Shown here piece after piece: positions 1 through 10,230 of a stretch of 64,000 nucleotides of DNA (position 1 is the first letter of the stretch; each line of letters opens with the position of its first letter). The notes below the pieces were generated by a model. It saw only the letters and a list, made by a program, of their open reading frames with translations, was not told the origin of the DNA and searched no databases. The stretch is from an uncultured bacterium (GTDB taxonomy: Bacteria; Chloroflexota; Dormibacteria; Aeolococcales; Aeolococcaceae). Position numbers and translations under genes: made by a program. Location of the stretch: the NCBI GenBank assembly GCA_963716555.1, contig CAVQTJ010000018.1, forward strand, positions 263,530 through 327,529, given 5' to 3'.

Positions 1-2
1 TT

Positions 3-431
3 CAGTACGGGGTCGCGATCGTCCTGGTCGTGCTCGCCCTGGTCGTCCTGGTGCGCAGCTTCATCGACTTCATGACCTCACTTTCCGGCTACCCCAAGAC
101 GCTGGTGAACGCGGTGGACGGCATCCTGGTGGTCATCATCCTGGTCGACATTCTGCGGACGGTGCTGACCCACCTGGAGGGATGGGGGTTCCCGTTCCGG
201 CCCTTCCTGGTCATCGGGATCATCGCCGCGGTGCGGGACATCCTGGCGGTGTCCACACAGCTCACCCTCTCGTCCGGCGGGCCGGCTGCGGGGCAGCCTC
301 CCCTGCTTGAATCCCTGCTCGAGCTGGTGACCAGCGCCGGGGTGGTGCTGGTGCTCTCGGTCGCCCTCTTCCTGACCCGGGGACAGAGCGTCGCGGCCGG
401 CGACGCTCCAGCCGTGGTGAGCGACGCCTGA
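3..431 (+). CDS. Phosphate-starvation-inducible PsiE-like membrane protein (5' end outside window)
   Basis: Frame is open from base 3; hydrophobic helices and the FLVIGIIAAVRDIL motif typical of PsiE-like proteins. Confidence 0.75.
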   Translation, partial: QYGVAIVLVVLALVVLVRSFIDFMTSLSGYPKTLVNAVDGILVVIILVDILRTVLTHLEGWGFPFRPFLVIGIIAAVRDILAVSTQLTLSSGGPAAGQPPLLESLLELVTSAGVVLVLSVALFLTRGQSVAAGDAPAVVSDA

Positions 432-558
432 CGTTCCAGGCCGGGGGCGCTGGGCCGTGGGGCGGTCAATATGGAGCGACTGATTCGTGGCCGAACCTTG
501 TTTTCTTGTCGTGGGCTTCGTCACCGGGAGGCCGGGTGGGCGCGCATATGCTGCCCAG

Positions 559-2871
559 ATGAGCCCGGTCTTCCTCCGATCCGTCGATCAATCGCGCCCC
601 CCGTTGCCCGGTGGCCGGCGGCTGTGGACGGCCTTCGGCGCCATGGGTCTGCTCCTGGTCGTGTATGCGATCTCCGTCGCGGTCCGGGGGCCGGATGGAA
701 GCAACCTCATCCTGGACGGCTGGATGGTGGCCGGTTTCGAGGCCGTTGTCGCCGTCCTCTGCCTTTCTCGAGCGATCACCCTCCACCGGGGCAAGGCCGT
801 GCCCCTGGCCCTCGGTCTCGCCTCCCTCTTCTGGGCGACCGGGGACCTTACCCTCACCGGGGAGTCGATGGGTGGAGCGAACGTGCCCACGCCCTCGCTG
901 GCCGACCTCTTCTACCTGGGATTCTTCCCCCTCTGCTACGTCGGAGTTCTCCTGCTGCTCCGACGTCACGTCAAGCAACTGATCCCCGCCAACTGGCTGG
1001 ACGGGGTAGTGGCCGGCCTCGGTGCCGCCGCCCTCTGCTCCGCCTTCGCCTTCAACACCCTCCTCCACAGCCTGGGCGGAGGGCCCCTGGCGGTGACCAC
1101 CAACCTCGCCTACCCCATCGGCGACGTGCTCCTCCTGGGCCTGGTGATCGGCGGCACGGCGCTTCTCCCCAGCCGGCGCAACCCCCAGTGGTTCCTCCTC
1201 GCCGGAGCCCTGGTGGTGAACGCGGCAGGGGACACGTCCAACCTGCTTGGCAACGTGTCGGCGGTCGAGAGCTTCCTCAACGTCATCGCCTGGCCCGTGT
1301 CACTTCTGCTCATCGCGGTGTCGGTGTGGCTGCGCCCCGTGTATCCGGACCCGCTGGCGCGGGAGCGGGCTCCCGGGTTCCTGCTTCCCGCCGTCGGCTC
1401 GGGCGCCGGGCTCACCATCCTGGTGGCCGCCAGCCTGCATCCCATCAGCCGGGTGGCCCTGGCCCTGGCCACCGCCACCCTGGTGACGGTCGGCGTCCGC
1501 CTCTGGCTGTCGGTGGGACGGCTGCGAGCGCTGACCGAGGAGCGCCATCGCCAGGCGGTGACCGACGAGCTGACCGGACTGGGGAACCGGCGCCATCTCT
1601 TCCAACTCCTGGACGCCTTCTTCGCCGATCAGACCGACCCCGAGACCCCGCGGCGGCAGCTCGCCTTCCTGTACATCGACCTCGATCGCTTCAAGGAGAT
1701 CAACGACTCGTATGGTCACTCGATCGGGGACAAGCTCCTCAAGCAGCTGGGGCCGCGCCTCGCCGGCGCACTGAGGGCCACGGACGTGCTGGTCCGGGTC
1801 GGCGGTGACGAGTTGGGCGTGATCCTCCTGGACACCCACCCGAGCTATGCCGAGGCCGTCGCCGAGAGGATCGTCGCCAAGCTGGAGGAGCCATTCATCC
1901 TCAACTCGGTGAGGGTGCGCATCAGCGCCAGCATCGGGATGGCGGCCGCGCCCGCGGACGCCAATGACAGCACCGACCTGATCCGCTGCGCCGACCTGGC
2001 CATGTACCGGGCCAAGGTGGGCAAGCCCGCCTTCGTGGCCTATGACCGCCAGATCGATGACGAGGGCGGGCGCCTGCGCCTGGTTGAGGAGTTGCGCGAG
2101 GCGATCGACGACAAGGAGCAGCTGGTGCTCCACTTCCAGCCCCAGATTCGCCTGACCACCGGAGCGGTCACCGCCGTGGAGGCCCTGGTGCGCTGGAACC
2201 ATCCGCGGCTGGGTCTGGTGCCTCCGCTCGACTTCCTGCCCCTGGCCGAGGAGGCGGGGCTGATGCGGCCGCTGACCGAGCTGGTGCTCGACCAGGCCCT
2301 GGCTCAGTGCGCCGTCTGGCGCGCCGCCGGCCGGGAGCTCGCCGTGTCGGTGAACATCTCTGCGGGCAACCTGCTCGACCCCGACCTGGCCAGCCTGGTG
2401 GGCGAGAGCCTGGCACGGCATGGCGTCCCGGCCTCGGCCCTGATCCTGGAGATCACCGAGACCGTGATCATGCGGGACCTCGAGCAGGCCGGCCGAGCGG
2501 TGGCCGAGCTGCGCGACCTCGGCGTCATGATGTCGATCGATGACTTCGGGGCCGGCTTCACCTCGCTGGCCTACCTCGCTTCCCTCGCCGTGGCGGAGCT
2601 CAAGCTGGATCGCAGCTTCATCTGCGGGCTCACCGCCGGGGGCGGGGAGCGTGACCTCGCGGTGGTCCGGGCCAGCATCGACCTCGGACATGCACTCGGG
2701 CTTCGCGTGGTGGCCGAGGGCATCGAGGATCAGGCCACCCTCCGGCTGATCTGGAGCCTGGGCTGCGACCTCGCCCAGGGCTACTACATCAGCCGGCCCA
2801 AGCCCGCCGGGGAGTTGGGCCTGGGCTCAGGTTCGGCCAGCGGTGAGATCGGCGCCCTGAAGGCCTCCTGA
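559..2871 (+). CDS. Membrane-anchored GGDEF-EAL protein (diguanylate cyclase/phosphodiesterase)
   Basis: Multiple N-terminal TM segments, TDELTGLGNRR, GGDEL, EALVRW and IDDFGAG motifs; ATG 559 chosen because TATGCT lies 6 nt upstream. Confidence 0.92.
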   Translation: MSPVFLRSVDQSRPPLPGGRRLWTAFGAMGLLLVVYAISVAVRGPDGSNLILDGWMVAGFEAVVAVLCLSRAITLHRGKAVPLALGLASLFWATGDLTLTGESMGGANVPTPSLADLFYLGFFPLCYVGVLLLLRRHVKQLIPANWLDGVVAGLGAAALCSAFAFNTLLHSLGGGPLAVTTNLAYPIGDVLLLGLVIGGTALLPSRRNPQWFLLAGALVVNAAGDTSNLLGNVSAVESFLNVIAWPVSLLLIAVSVWLRPVYPDPLARERAPGFLLPAVGSGAGLTILVAASLHPISRVALALATATLVTVGVRLWLSVGRLRALTEERHRQAVTDELTGLGNRRHLFQLLDAFFADQTDPETPRRQLAFLYIDLDRFKEINDSYGHSIGDKLLKQLGPRLAGALRATDVLVRVGGDELGVILLDTHPSYAEAVAERIVAKLEEPFILNSVRVRISASIGMAAAPADANDSTDLIRCADLAMYRAKVGKPAFVAYDRQIDDEGGRLRLVEELREAIDDKEQLVLHFQPQIRLTTGAVTAVEALVRWNHPRLGLVPPLDFLPLAEEAGLMRPLTELVLDQALAQCAVWRAAGRELAVSVNISAGNLLDPDLASLVGESLARHGVPASALILEITETVIMRDLEQAGRAVAELRDLGVMMSIDDFGAGFTSLAYLASLAVAELKLDRSFICGLTAGGGERDLAVVRASIDLGHALGLRVVAEGIEDQATLRLIWSLGCDLAQGYYISRPKPAGELGLGSGSASGEIGALKAS

Positions 2872-3069
2872 CCGTTGGGTCAGGCGAGCAAGGGAGCCGG
2901 GCTCCTGAGACCTCTGAGCGCTGGATAAGGCTCGGAATGGAGCGCTCCAGGCCTCTGACCGCTCGATCGGTGGAGGAACAGAACCGTCTGACGCCGCCGA
3001 CGGCCAGCTCAGGCGGGGGCGGAGCGCCGCAGGCCTCTGACCGCTGGATCAGTCGAGGAACAGAGCGTC
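2861..3069. repeat. Four degenerate copies of a ~20-bp motif (AGGCCTCTGACCGCTGGATC-like)
   Basis: Copies start at 2861, 2908, 2949 and 3031; the last two extend into a ~49-bp imperfect duplication (2939-2988 vs 3021-3069). Confidence 0.6.
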
Positions 3070-3969
3070 GAGGTCGACGTCGGCGCTGATCAGGCCGAGC
3101 CCGCGCAGAGCGTCCCGGTACTGGCTGAACACCCCACGCTCCAAGTGGTTGCCGAAATGCGGCATGCGCAGCCGCGGCGCCAGCTCGGCGGGCACGGAGA
3201 GCGAGGCCGCCAGGCTCCGACGGGCCTCCTGGGGTTGGCTCGCGCAGAGGTCGTTGCTGCGCTCGATGGCGCGGCGAAACCTCCGCACTGCCTCGGGCTC
3301 ACGGGCGACGAACTCGTCGGTGGTGACCCACACCCCCTGGGTCGCCTCTGCAGGGAATCCCTCGGAGTTCGCGAACACCACCCGGGCGCCGTCCTCGAGC
3401 TGCCGGCTGAGATACGGCTCGCCCATGTCGGCGGCGTCGACCTGCCCGAACTCGAGCGCCGCCGGCATGTCGGCGAAGGGCATCTCGACGAAGCGGATCC
3501 GGGCCGGGTCGGCCCCCCGCTTGCGCGCCGAGACCATGGCGCTGATGTGTCCCAGCTGGCCGAAGGTGTCGATGGCCAGGCGGCGCCACTCGAGCTCTTT
3601 GGGGGTGGTGATCTCTAAGTCGCGGCGGACCACCACCTGGAGGGTGGACAGGTTGGGGTCGCGCGGCCAGCCGGCCGCCCGTGCCACCACTCTGAGGTGC
3701 AGGCCGTTGGCCCGCCCCGCAACCACGGCCGGGACCCCCCCAAACCCGAAGTTGCACCCGTGACTCGCCACCGCGAAGAGGGCCGACGAAGCCAGCCTCG
3801 GCTTGGGGACCACCTCCAGTCCCTCAGCGGCGAAGCATCCCTGCTCGATACCAACCTGCAGAGCGGCACAGAACGTGATCGGCCGATGTGCCACGCTGGC
3901 GGTCATGACGCCCGGCGACCGCTCGACGGTGGCAGTCGCCGTCGGGGCCGATCGGCTCAGGAAGCCCAC
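3049..3969 (-). CDS. NitT/TauT (SsuA/THI5-like) ABC substrate-binding protein
   Basis: GCFAAEGLEV, FVEMPFADMPAALEFGQVDAA and EPY motifs of NMT1/SsuA-type binding proteins. Confidence 0.8.
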   Translation of the reverse strand: MGFLSRSAPTATATVERSPGVMTASVAHRPITFCAALQVGIEQGCFAAEGLEVVPKPRLASSALFAVASHGCNFGFGGVPAVVAGRANGLHLRVVARAAGWPRDPNLSTLQVVVRRDLEITTPKELEWRRLAIDTFGQLGHISAMVSARKRGADPARIRFVEMPFADMPAALEFGQVDAADMGEPYLSRQLEDGARVVFANSEGFPAEATQGVWVTTDEFVAREPEAVRRFRRAIERSNDLCASQPQEARRSLAASLSVPAELAPRLRMPHFGNHLERGVFSQYRDALRGLGLISADVDLDALFLD

Positions 3970-4167
3970 ACTGTTGCCTCGTCCGCACAGATGACAATCG
4001 TCGCCGTCCCGCAGCGGCGGGCCGGTCGCTCCGATCGTATCAGCGGTACCCGCACGGTTCAGATGCGGTCTGTAACGGCGGGGTGCCAGTGCGGCTCGAT
4101 TGGGGCGGCCGGTCGGCCGGGCGGCTGAACCCCCATCAGCGCGATCCTTCGAGGGCCGCCGGCACGC

Positions 4168-4561
4168 TCACGACCCGGTCTCCTCCAGCTCCATGCAGGC
4201 TCGGTCGCCGGTGCCCTCGGTGGGCGCGCTGTCGATGACGGTGTAGTTGGATTGCCCGATCGAGCCCACGCACAGGGTGTCGGCGTCGCCGCTGGGCAGC
4301 GCGAACACCGGGGGATTGGCCGTCTGCTCGGCCACGACCGCCCAGCCGCTCGGTCCCAGGGTGTTGGCGATCGTCTGGCAGACGCTGCCTGAATCCGGGC
4401 CGACGACCTCGACGCGGGTGTGGTTCCCGTCCAGCGGAGCGACGAGACAGGAGGCCTGGGGCGACCCGCCGCTCGACGGGGAGCCGCCGCCCGGCGCCAG
4501 CGAGCATCCGGAGAGCACCAGCCCGGCGGCGAGCACAAGCGCCGCGGGGGATGGGTCTCAT
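4168..4561 (-). CDS. Small putative lipoprotein with a 1-nt frameshift near the start
   Basis: AGGAG SD before ATG 4561; removing one base from the G5 run at 4546-4550 gives MRPIPAALVLAAGLVLSGC, ending in a lipobox. Confidence 0.55.
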
Positions 4562-4755
4562 GCCACTCCTCTGAGCGGGCCGAATCGCGGGAGATCCCAA
4601 TGATTTGATCACAAAGCGGACCCCGCCTCGACCATCGAGCGGCCCGACGGTCCCGACACCGGGAGGTGGGTGGCGCAGCTCCCATCACCTCGACGGCCTC
4701 GACCCCCATGTCGATTGGGGTGGCATCGAATGGTTCAGCCATCGTGATCTCTCGC

Positions 4756-5005
4756 TCACCTGGGCGCCGGCTGGCCGAGGCCGGTCAACCAGCGGACGAG
4801 CTGGATCCGCGAGCTCAGGCCGAGCTTGTTGAAGATGTGGGTGACGTGCGTCTCCACGGTCCGCTCGGAGAGGAAGAGCTTGGTCGCGATCTCCCGGTTG
4901 CTCATGTCGGTCGCAATCAGTTGGGCGATCTCCAACTCCCGCTTGGTGATTGGCGCTCGGACGTCGGGCTGGAGGCTGGCCGGCTGCGGGGTCAGCTTCT
5001 GCCAT
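4756..5005 (-). pseudogene. LuxR-family HTH fragment lacking a clear in-frame start
   Basis: Manual translation gives PITKRELEIAQLIATDMSNREIATKLFLSERTVETHVTHIFNKLGLSSRIQL; there is an in-frame stop just upstream. Confidence 0.75.
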
Positions 5006-5051
5006 GGCGCAGGCGGTGGACGTCGAATTCAACCTCCGAGCCGAGTTTCCC

Positions 5052-5564
5052 TCAACCGGCCAAGGCATCCACAAGCGCGGTCGTATCGTAGGATCCGCGA
5101 TACACCACGCCGTCGATGAAGAGGGTGGGGGTTCCCAGCACCTCGCCCGCGCGGCCGCTCTCACGATCGCGGTCAATCCGCGAGAGGACGGCGGAGCCGA
5201 TGCGGGCGGACTCGAAGGCCTCGACATCGAGGCCGATCTCCAGCGCGTATCGATGCAGGTCCGAATCGGTGAGCGCCTTCTGCCGCCCGAAGAGCATGTC
5301 GTGCATCTCCCAGAACCGCCCCTGGAGAGCGGCTGCCTCAGCTGCCCCGGCGGCGGCCAGCGCGTGTGGGTGAATCTCGGTCAGGGGGAAGTGGCGAAAG
5401 CAGAATCGAACCGCCACTCCCGGGGTCGCCTCGACCCGTTGAATGCTTCGATATGCTTGACGCGAATATGGGCATTCGTAGTCACCGTACTCGATCAGGA
5501 TCCGGCCGGTCGCCGGACCTCGGACGTGATCGAGAACCTCATCGAGCCTCTGCAGGGTGGGCAT
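5052..5564 (-). CDS. DsbA/thioredoxin-fold protein (CPYS active site)
   Basis: DHVRG, EYGDYECPYS, FRHFPL, HPHA, FWEMHD and GTPTLFIDG motifs. Confidence 0.88.
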   Translation of the reverse strand: MPTLQRLDEVLDHVRGPATGRILIEYGDYECPYSRQAYRSIQRVEATPGVAVRFCFRHFPLTEIHPHALAAAGAAEAAALQGRFWEMHDMLFGRQKALTDSDLHRYALEIGLDVEAFESARIGSAVLSRIDRDRESGRAGEVLGTPTLFIDGVVYRGSYDTTALVDALAG

Positions 5565-5666
5565 ACAAGACGCGATTATGATGGTCGTCATCCTCGGGAC
5601 CATGGCCCCGTGGGTGGCGCCTCGGCTCGGTTGATTGGCAACGCACCCGCTGGGAGAGAAGGCGAA

Positions 5667-6155
5667 ATGGCGCTTGACACCGACGGCTATGGCCCCCGGC
5701 CTGACCAGTCCCTGATCGACCGGCTTCTCGAGGAGTGCCGGACGCTATCGCCGGCCGGCATCGAGCGGATCGCCGAGGGCTGGCTCCAGCAGGTCGCGCC
5801 GGGCTGGACCGAGCGCACGGCCGATCACCATGAGGAGCCCTCGGCCAGGCATTCAGCCTGGGTCGAGGCCGAGCGCGCCGCCCTGCACGTCCTCGAGGAG
5901 GCCCATCGCACGAGCGACTGGGACGCGCTGCGCAATCGCCTCCTCGACCTCACCGAACACCACCATGCGCTGGTGGCCTGGCGGGCCGAACACGGGGAGC
6001 TCGGCCACCGGGCCGAGGACGCCCTTCTCGGGGCTGGGCTGGCGCTCTGCGCCCGCCCGGAGCTGGATGACCGCCACGCCAGCATCCTCCTCGGCCCGAT
6101 GAGCGCGGCACTGCCGTGGTTGGGAACCGTCGCGCCCGCGAGGCGGCCCGGCTGA
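5667..6155 (+). CDS. Hypothetical protein
   Basis: GGAGAG SD and ATG; codon pattern typical of the host; no family recognised. Confidence 0.6.
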   Translation: MALDTDGYGPRPDQSLIDRLLEECRTLSPAGIERIAEGWLQQVAPGWTERTADHHEEPSARHSAWVEAERAALHVLEEAHRTSDWDALRNRLLDLTEHHHALVAWRAEHGELGHRAEDALLGAGLALCARPELDDRHASILLGPMSAALPWLGTVAPARRPG

Positions 6156-6288
6156 CCTCGCAGAGGGCGAAGCTCTGCCCCACCGGGTTCTCATCCTCTG
6201 AGGCTCATCTCACACCTGCCGCTGCCGACGCGGACCAGCAGATCAGCGCCACCCGGGGTGAGCTGAACCGTGAGGGGTTCCCGTGCGG

Positions 6289-6504
6289 TCACGCCTTGCC
6301 GACGAGCAGCAGGTAATAGATCAGCAGGGCAGGCCAGACCAGTGCCTTGAGGATGCCCAGGATCACCAGCCCCGCAGACCCTGAGTCGTGCTGGACGTAG
6401 TAGACGAGGGCGCCGATGAAGCCCATGAACCAGAGCCCGCTTCCGCCGTGTGCCGCCACGCTGCGGTCTCCGCGAGCGCGTGTGGTGCGTGTTGTGTCGT
6501 CCAC
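6289..6504 (-). CDS. Small two-TM membrane protein
   Basis: AGGAGAG SD upstream; GLWFMGFIGALVYY and GILKALVWPALLIY hydrophobic segments. Confidence 0.7.
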   Translation of the reverse strand: MDDTTRTTRARGDRSVAAHGGSGLWFMGFIGALVYYVQHDSGSAGLVILGILKALVWPALLIYYLLLVGKA

Positions 6505-6563
6505 CGAATTCTCTCCTCATGTCACCCGGGGAGCCTGACGTCCGAGCGTACCTGACCAGGCAG

Positions 6564-7007
6564 TCAGTCGGCGATCGGCTCCCAGATCAGCTCGGCGACG
6601 TCCAGGACGAGGTCCGGTGATGGCGTGGCTGGATCCGCCGGTGCTCGGACCTCACCGACGCACACACAGACCACATCGTTGAGACGGCTGTAGGGCTCGC
6701 TGTCGCTCAGATGCATCACCGAGCCCACGATCTGACGTCGTCCCGGCGGATAGCAGCGGCCGTAGCCGTGTGACGCCCACTTGATGGTGGCGCCGTCGTC
6801 AGTCTCGATGGCAGCGCGGAAGTCAGGCATGAAGCGGCCGGAAGCACCGCGGCGATGCGGGAAGTTGGCGCCCCGAAACCGTCCGTTGATGGAGCCCTCG
6901 CAGTGTCCCTCCGCCATGAAGAGATGCAACTGCCAGTCGCCTTCGAGTGAGATCATCCAGTCCTCCGGGTAGGTGAAGCGGACCCGGTACAGGGGCTCGA
7001 GCCTCAT
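6564..7007 (-). CDS. DUF3237-like beta-barrel protein
   Basis: GGAGG SD; MRLEPLYRV, G.F.G, IETDDGATI and YSRLNDVVCVCVG patterns. Confidence 0.65.
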   Translation of the reverse strand: MRLEPLYRVRFTYPEDWMISLEGDWQLHLFMAEGHCEGSINGRFRGANFPHRRGASGRFMPDFRAAIETDDGATIKWASHGYGRCYPPGRRQIVGSVMHLSDSEPYSRLNDVVCVCVGEVRAPADPATPSPDLVLDVAELIWEPIAD

Positions 7008-7335
7008 AGCTGTGCCTCCGCGGGGATCGCTGCGTCGCGGACCGGCGCGCGATCGCCAACCCCTCAGAAGACCCTGCTGCGGCCCCCACCCCGGCAGCAA
7101 TCACGCGGTTGCCCCAATTGGGAGGCCGGCTTGATGGTGCCCACCGGTCGGAGCGCCCGCGAGCTCGCCCGCTGTCCCGGACAGGAACAGGGTGGATGGC
7201 GAAGGGGTTGAGCCCCGCCCCCACAAGTGGAACCGGGAGGCCGGGGTGACCCTCGGGAAGCGAAAGGGGCCCTCCGGCGGCGAATCCGGGCGACAATGAC
7301 CGGGCCTCGACCGGCGGACATCCGGAGGTTCACCT

Positions 7336-8710
7336 GTGCCGGCCCACGTCATCTCCATCGACACCCCGGGGCTCGGTGATCGCAGCTACCTCATCTGCGA
7401 CGGCGCGGTTGCCGCGGTGGTCGACCCCCAGCGAGACGTCGATCGCCTGGTCGCGGCGGCCGCCGCGCACGGCGCCCGCATCACCGACGCGCTCGAGACC
7501 CACATCCACAACGACTACGTGAGCGGTGGGCTCGAGCTGGCCCGCCGCTGCGGGACGCGCTACTGGGTGGCGGCAGCCGAGGAGGTCGGTTTCGACCGCC
7601 GGTCCGTCTCCGATGGGGATCGGATCACCCTGGGAGCGGTGACGCTCAGGGCAGTGCGAGACTCCCGGGCACACCCCGCACCACCTGGCCTTTGTCCTCG
7701 AGGAGGGGGGGCGAGCGCTCGGGGTCTTCACCGGGGGGAGCCTCCTCTACGGCACCGTCGGGCGCACCGACCTGCTCGGAGAGGCGCGTGCGGCTGAGCT
7801 CGCCCGTGCCCAGTACCGGTCCTGCCGGAGGCTGGCCCTGGAGCTCCCGGTGGATGTCGCCGTCTACCCGACCCATGGCTTCGGCAGCTTCTGCGCCTCC
7901 ACTCCCGCGAACGCAGTCGAGGCCTCGACCATCGGGGTCGAGGCTGGAACCAACCTGGCCCTGACTGTCGATGACGAGGACGAGTTCATCGCCTCCCTGC
8001 TGGGCGGGCTGACCGCCTACCCCAGCTACTACGCGCACATGGGTGATATCAACCGGGCGGGACCGCCTCCGGCCCCGCTCGACCCGCCGCGCCTCCTCGA
8101 CCTCGAAGCTCTGAGGGAACGAGTTCGCGCCGGCGAGTGGGTGGTGGATCTCCGCGACCGGCGGGCTTTCGCGCCGGTCCATCTGCCCGGCACGGTGTCG
8201 GTGGAGCTGTCCGACCTCTTCGCTCCGTACCTCGGCTGGGCCATGCGATGGGGAACGCCCCTCAGCCTGCTCGCGCCCTCCGCCGATGAGGTTGCCGAGG
8301 CCGTGCGCATGCTGGCGCGCATCGGCATCGACGAGCTCATGGGCGCCGCGATCGCTTCACCTGAGGATCTCGCCAGGGCAGGGGCAGAGGTGGCGGGGTA
8401 CCCGGTGACCACCTTCTCCGACCTGGCCGACGCCTGGGCGGCCACGCCCGAGATCCTCGTCCTCGACGTCCGCCGTCGCGATGAATGGGACAGCGGACAC
8501 CTGGTCGGCGCCATCCACATCCCCTTCTCTGACCTCGAGGCGAGGCTCGCGGAAGTGCCACCGGCGCCCCAGGTCTGGGTGCACTGCGCCGCTGGCTTCC
8601 GGGCTTCGATCGGCGCCTCCCTGCTCGACCGGGCGGGAAGGCGGGCGGTGCTGGTCAACGATGTCTGGGCTCACGCTGAGGAGGTTGGGCTTCCCATCGT
8701 CGGGTCGTGA
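7336..8710 (+). CDS. MBL-fold hydrolase fused to rhodanese domains (persulfide dioxygenase/sulfurtransferase-like); 1-nt frameshift at ~7657
   Basis: ETHIHNDYVSG, then in the shifted frame TPGHTPHH, FTGGSLL, GRTDLL, PTHGFGSFC and rhodanese LDVRR..HCAAGFRA. Confidence 0.88.
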
Positions 8711-8750
8711 GTTCATCCTCGGCTCCGGCGCTGTGAACGCGCCTTCGAGA

Positions 8751-9527
8751 TCAGCGCAGGCTGTGGGCTGACCGCTTCGTGGACGTGCTCTGCGTGGGGT
8801 GGGTCTGACGCCCAATCGGCGTTCTGGGCCGCGCATTTCGGATTCTCTCCAGACCGTCGAGGATGAGATCAAGGCCGAACTCGAACTCGTTTCCATAGTC
8901 GTAGCCGGGCTCGAGGACGTGGTTGACGGTCAGCTCCGCGAGGTGGGGATAGTCGCCGGCGGCGAACCGGTTCATGATCTCCTCCGCCAATGCGGCGGTC
9001 TCCTCGCCGGTCTCGAACGGCAGGCTCGACTCCTGCTGCGCGAAGCCGAAGATGTAGCTGTCAAGGACGGAGAACGCGTGAGCCGTCGCTTCGATCGAGA
9101 AGCCTCCCTGGCGAAGGCTCCCGATCACGGCATCGTGATGTCGCAGGGTTGCAGGTCCCGGTGATGACCTGGACTGCATCAACCGGATCGCCCAGCGATG
9201 ACGCGACAGCACCTCACGGGCGGAGATCGCCCGCACCCGCATCGCGGTCTTCCAATCTGCCCCTCCCGGAGGCAGATCGATCTCGCTGAATACCTGGTCG
9301 ACCATGCCGTCGAGCAGTTCGTCCTTGTTGGTGACGTGGTTGTACAGAGACATCGCCTCGACCCCCAGAGCCTCGCCCAGCTTGCGCATGCTGAGCGACC
9401 CGCCGCTCTGGTCGGCAAAGGCGACGGCGGCGCGGAGCACCCGTTCCCGGTTGAGCGGGGTTCGGGGTTCTCCAGTGGGGCCGGGTCGCGACCGCATCTC
9501 AGCTCTCCGGTTCTCAGGGCTTGACAA
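8751..9527 (-). CDS. TetR/AcrR family regulator with TetR_C domain
   Basis: [24 protein letters not shown] and C-terminal [12 protein letters not shown]; start may be ATG 9497. Confidence 0.92.
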   Translation of the reverse strand: MSSPENRRAEMRSRPGPTGEPRTPLNRERVLRAAVAFADQSGGSLSMRKLGEALGVEAMSLYNHVTNKDELLDGMVDQVFSEIDLPPGGADWKTAMRVRAISAREVLSRHRWAIRLMQSRSSPGPATLRHHDAVIGSLRQGGFSIEATAHAFSVLDSYIFGFAQQESSLPFETGEETAALAEEIMNRFAAGDYPHLAELTVNHVLEPGYDYGNEFEFGLDLILDGLERIRNARPRTPIGRQTHPTQSTSTKRSAHSLR

Positions 9528-9563
9528 ACTTACGGTGTAAGCATATCCTACTTACAACGTAAG
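9521..9563 (+). promoter_or_regulatory. Sigma70 promoter overlapped by two TetR-type operators
   Basis: TTGACA (9521-9526), 17-nt spacer, TATCCT (9544-9549); palindromes CTTACGGTGTAAG (9529-9541) and CTTACAACGTAAG (9551-9563). Confidence 0.85.
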
Positions 9564-9589
9564 CACAAGAGAACCCGGAGGAGCCCCCC

Positions 9590-10189
9590 ATGTCGACTGC
9601 CGCTGCTTCATACCCCGCTCAGCTCGGACTCGAGGGTCAGCTCCACATCGCCCGTTGGCGACCACTGGTTCAGTGGCTGCTCGCCATCCCGCAGCTGCTC
9701 ATCGCGGGCGCTCTGGGGATGCTCAGGAGTGTGCTCACCGTGATCAGCTTCTTCACAGTCCTCTTCACCAAGCAGATCCCCCGTCCCCTCTTCGACATGA
9801 TCGCCATGTCCTACCGGTATGAGTGGCGGGCGGCCAGCTACGCCCTGTTCCTCCGTGAGGACTACCCACCGTTCGACTTCCAGCCGGCGGCCGGCGATGA
9901 TGGTCTTGATCCGCACACGGTGGTCACCTTCACCTATCCAGACCAGCTGAATCGGTGGAAGCCCCTCTACAAGTGGTTTCTCGCCATTCCTCTCTTCGTG
10001 GTCCTCTTCGGCCTCTGGGTGGCGGCCATCTTCGTGATCATCGCCGGCTTCTTCGCCGTCGTGTTCTCCGGCGAGTATCCCGTCAGGCTGCGCAACTTCC
10101 TGGTCGGCGTATACCGGTACAACCTGCGGCTGCAGGCGTACGTCGGCCTGCTCAACGACCAGTACCCGCCTTTCGCGCTCAGCTCATAG
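9590..10189 (+). CDS. DUF4389 membrane protein
   Basis: Two internal repeats of RW.PL..W.LAIP ... YPPF. Confidence 0.85.
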   Translation: MSTAAASYPAQLGLEGQLHIARWRPLVQWLLAIPQLLIAGALGMLRSVLTVISFFTVLFTKQIPRPLFDMIAMSYRYEWRAASYALFLREDYPPFDFQPAAGDDGLDPHTVVTFTYPDQLNRWKPLYKWFLAIPLFVVLFGLWVAAIFVIIAGFFAVVFSGEYPVRLRNFLVGVYRYNLRLQAYVGLLNDQYPPFALSS

Positions 10190-10230
10190 CCGCACTCACC
10201 CACGTAGCGAACCGCATTCGGAGAGCAACC

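Noticed and set aside
2861-3069. CRISPR array
   Set aside because: Repeats are short, degenerate and irregularly spaced, overlap coding ends, and no cas genes are present
7100-7335. Riboswitch upstream of the MBL-rhodanese gene
   Set aside because: Some GC-rich pairing is possible but I recognised no aptamer consensus or expression platform
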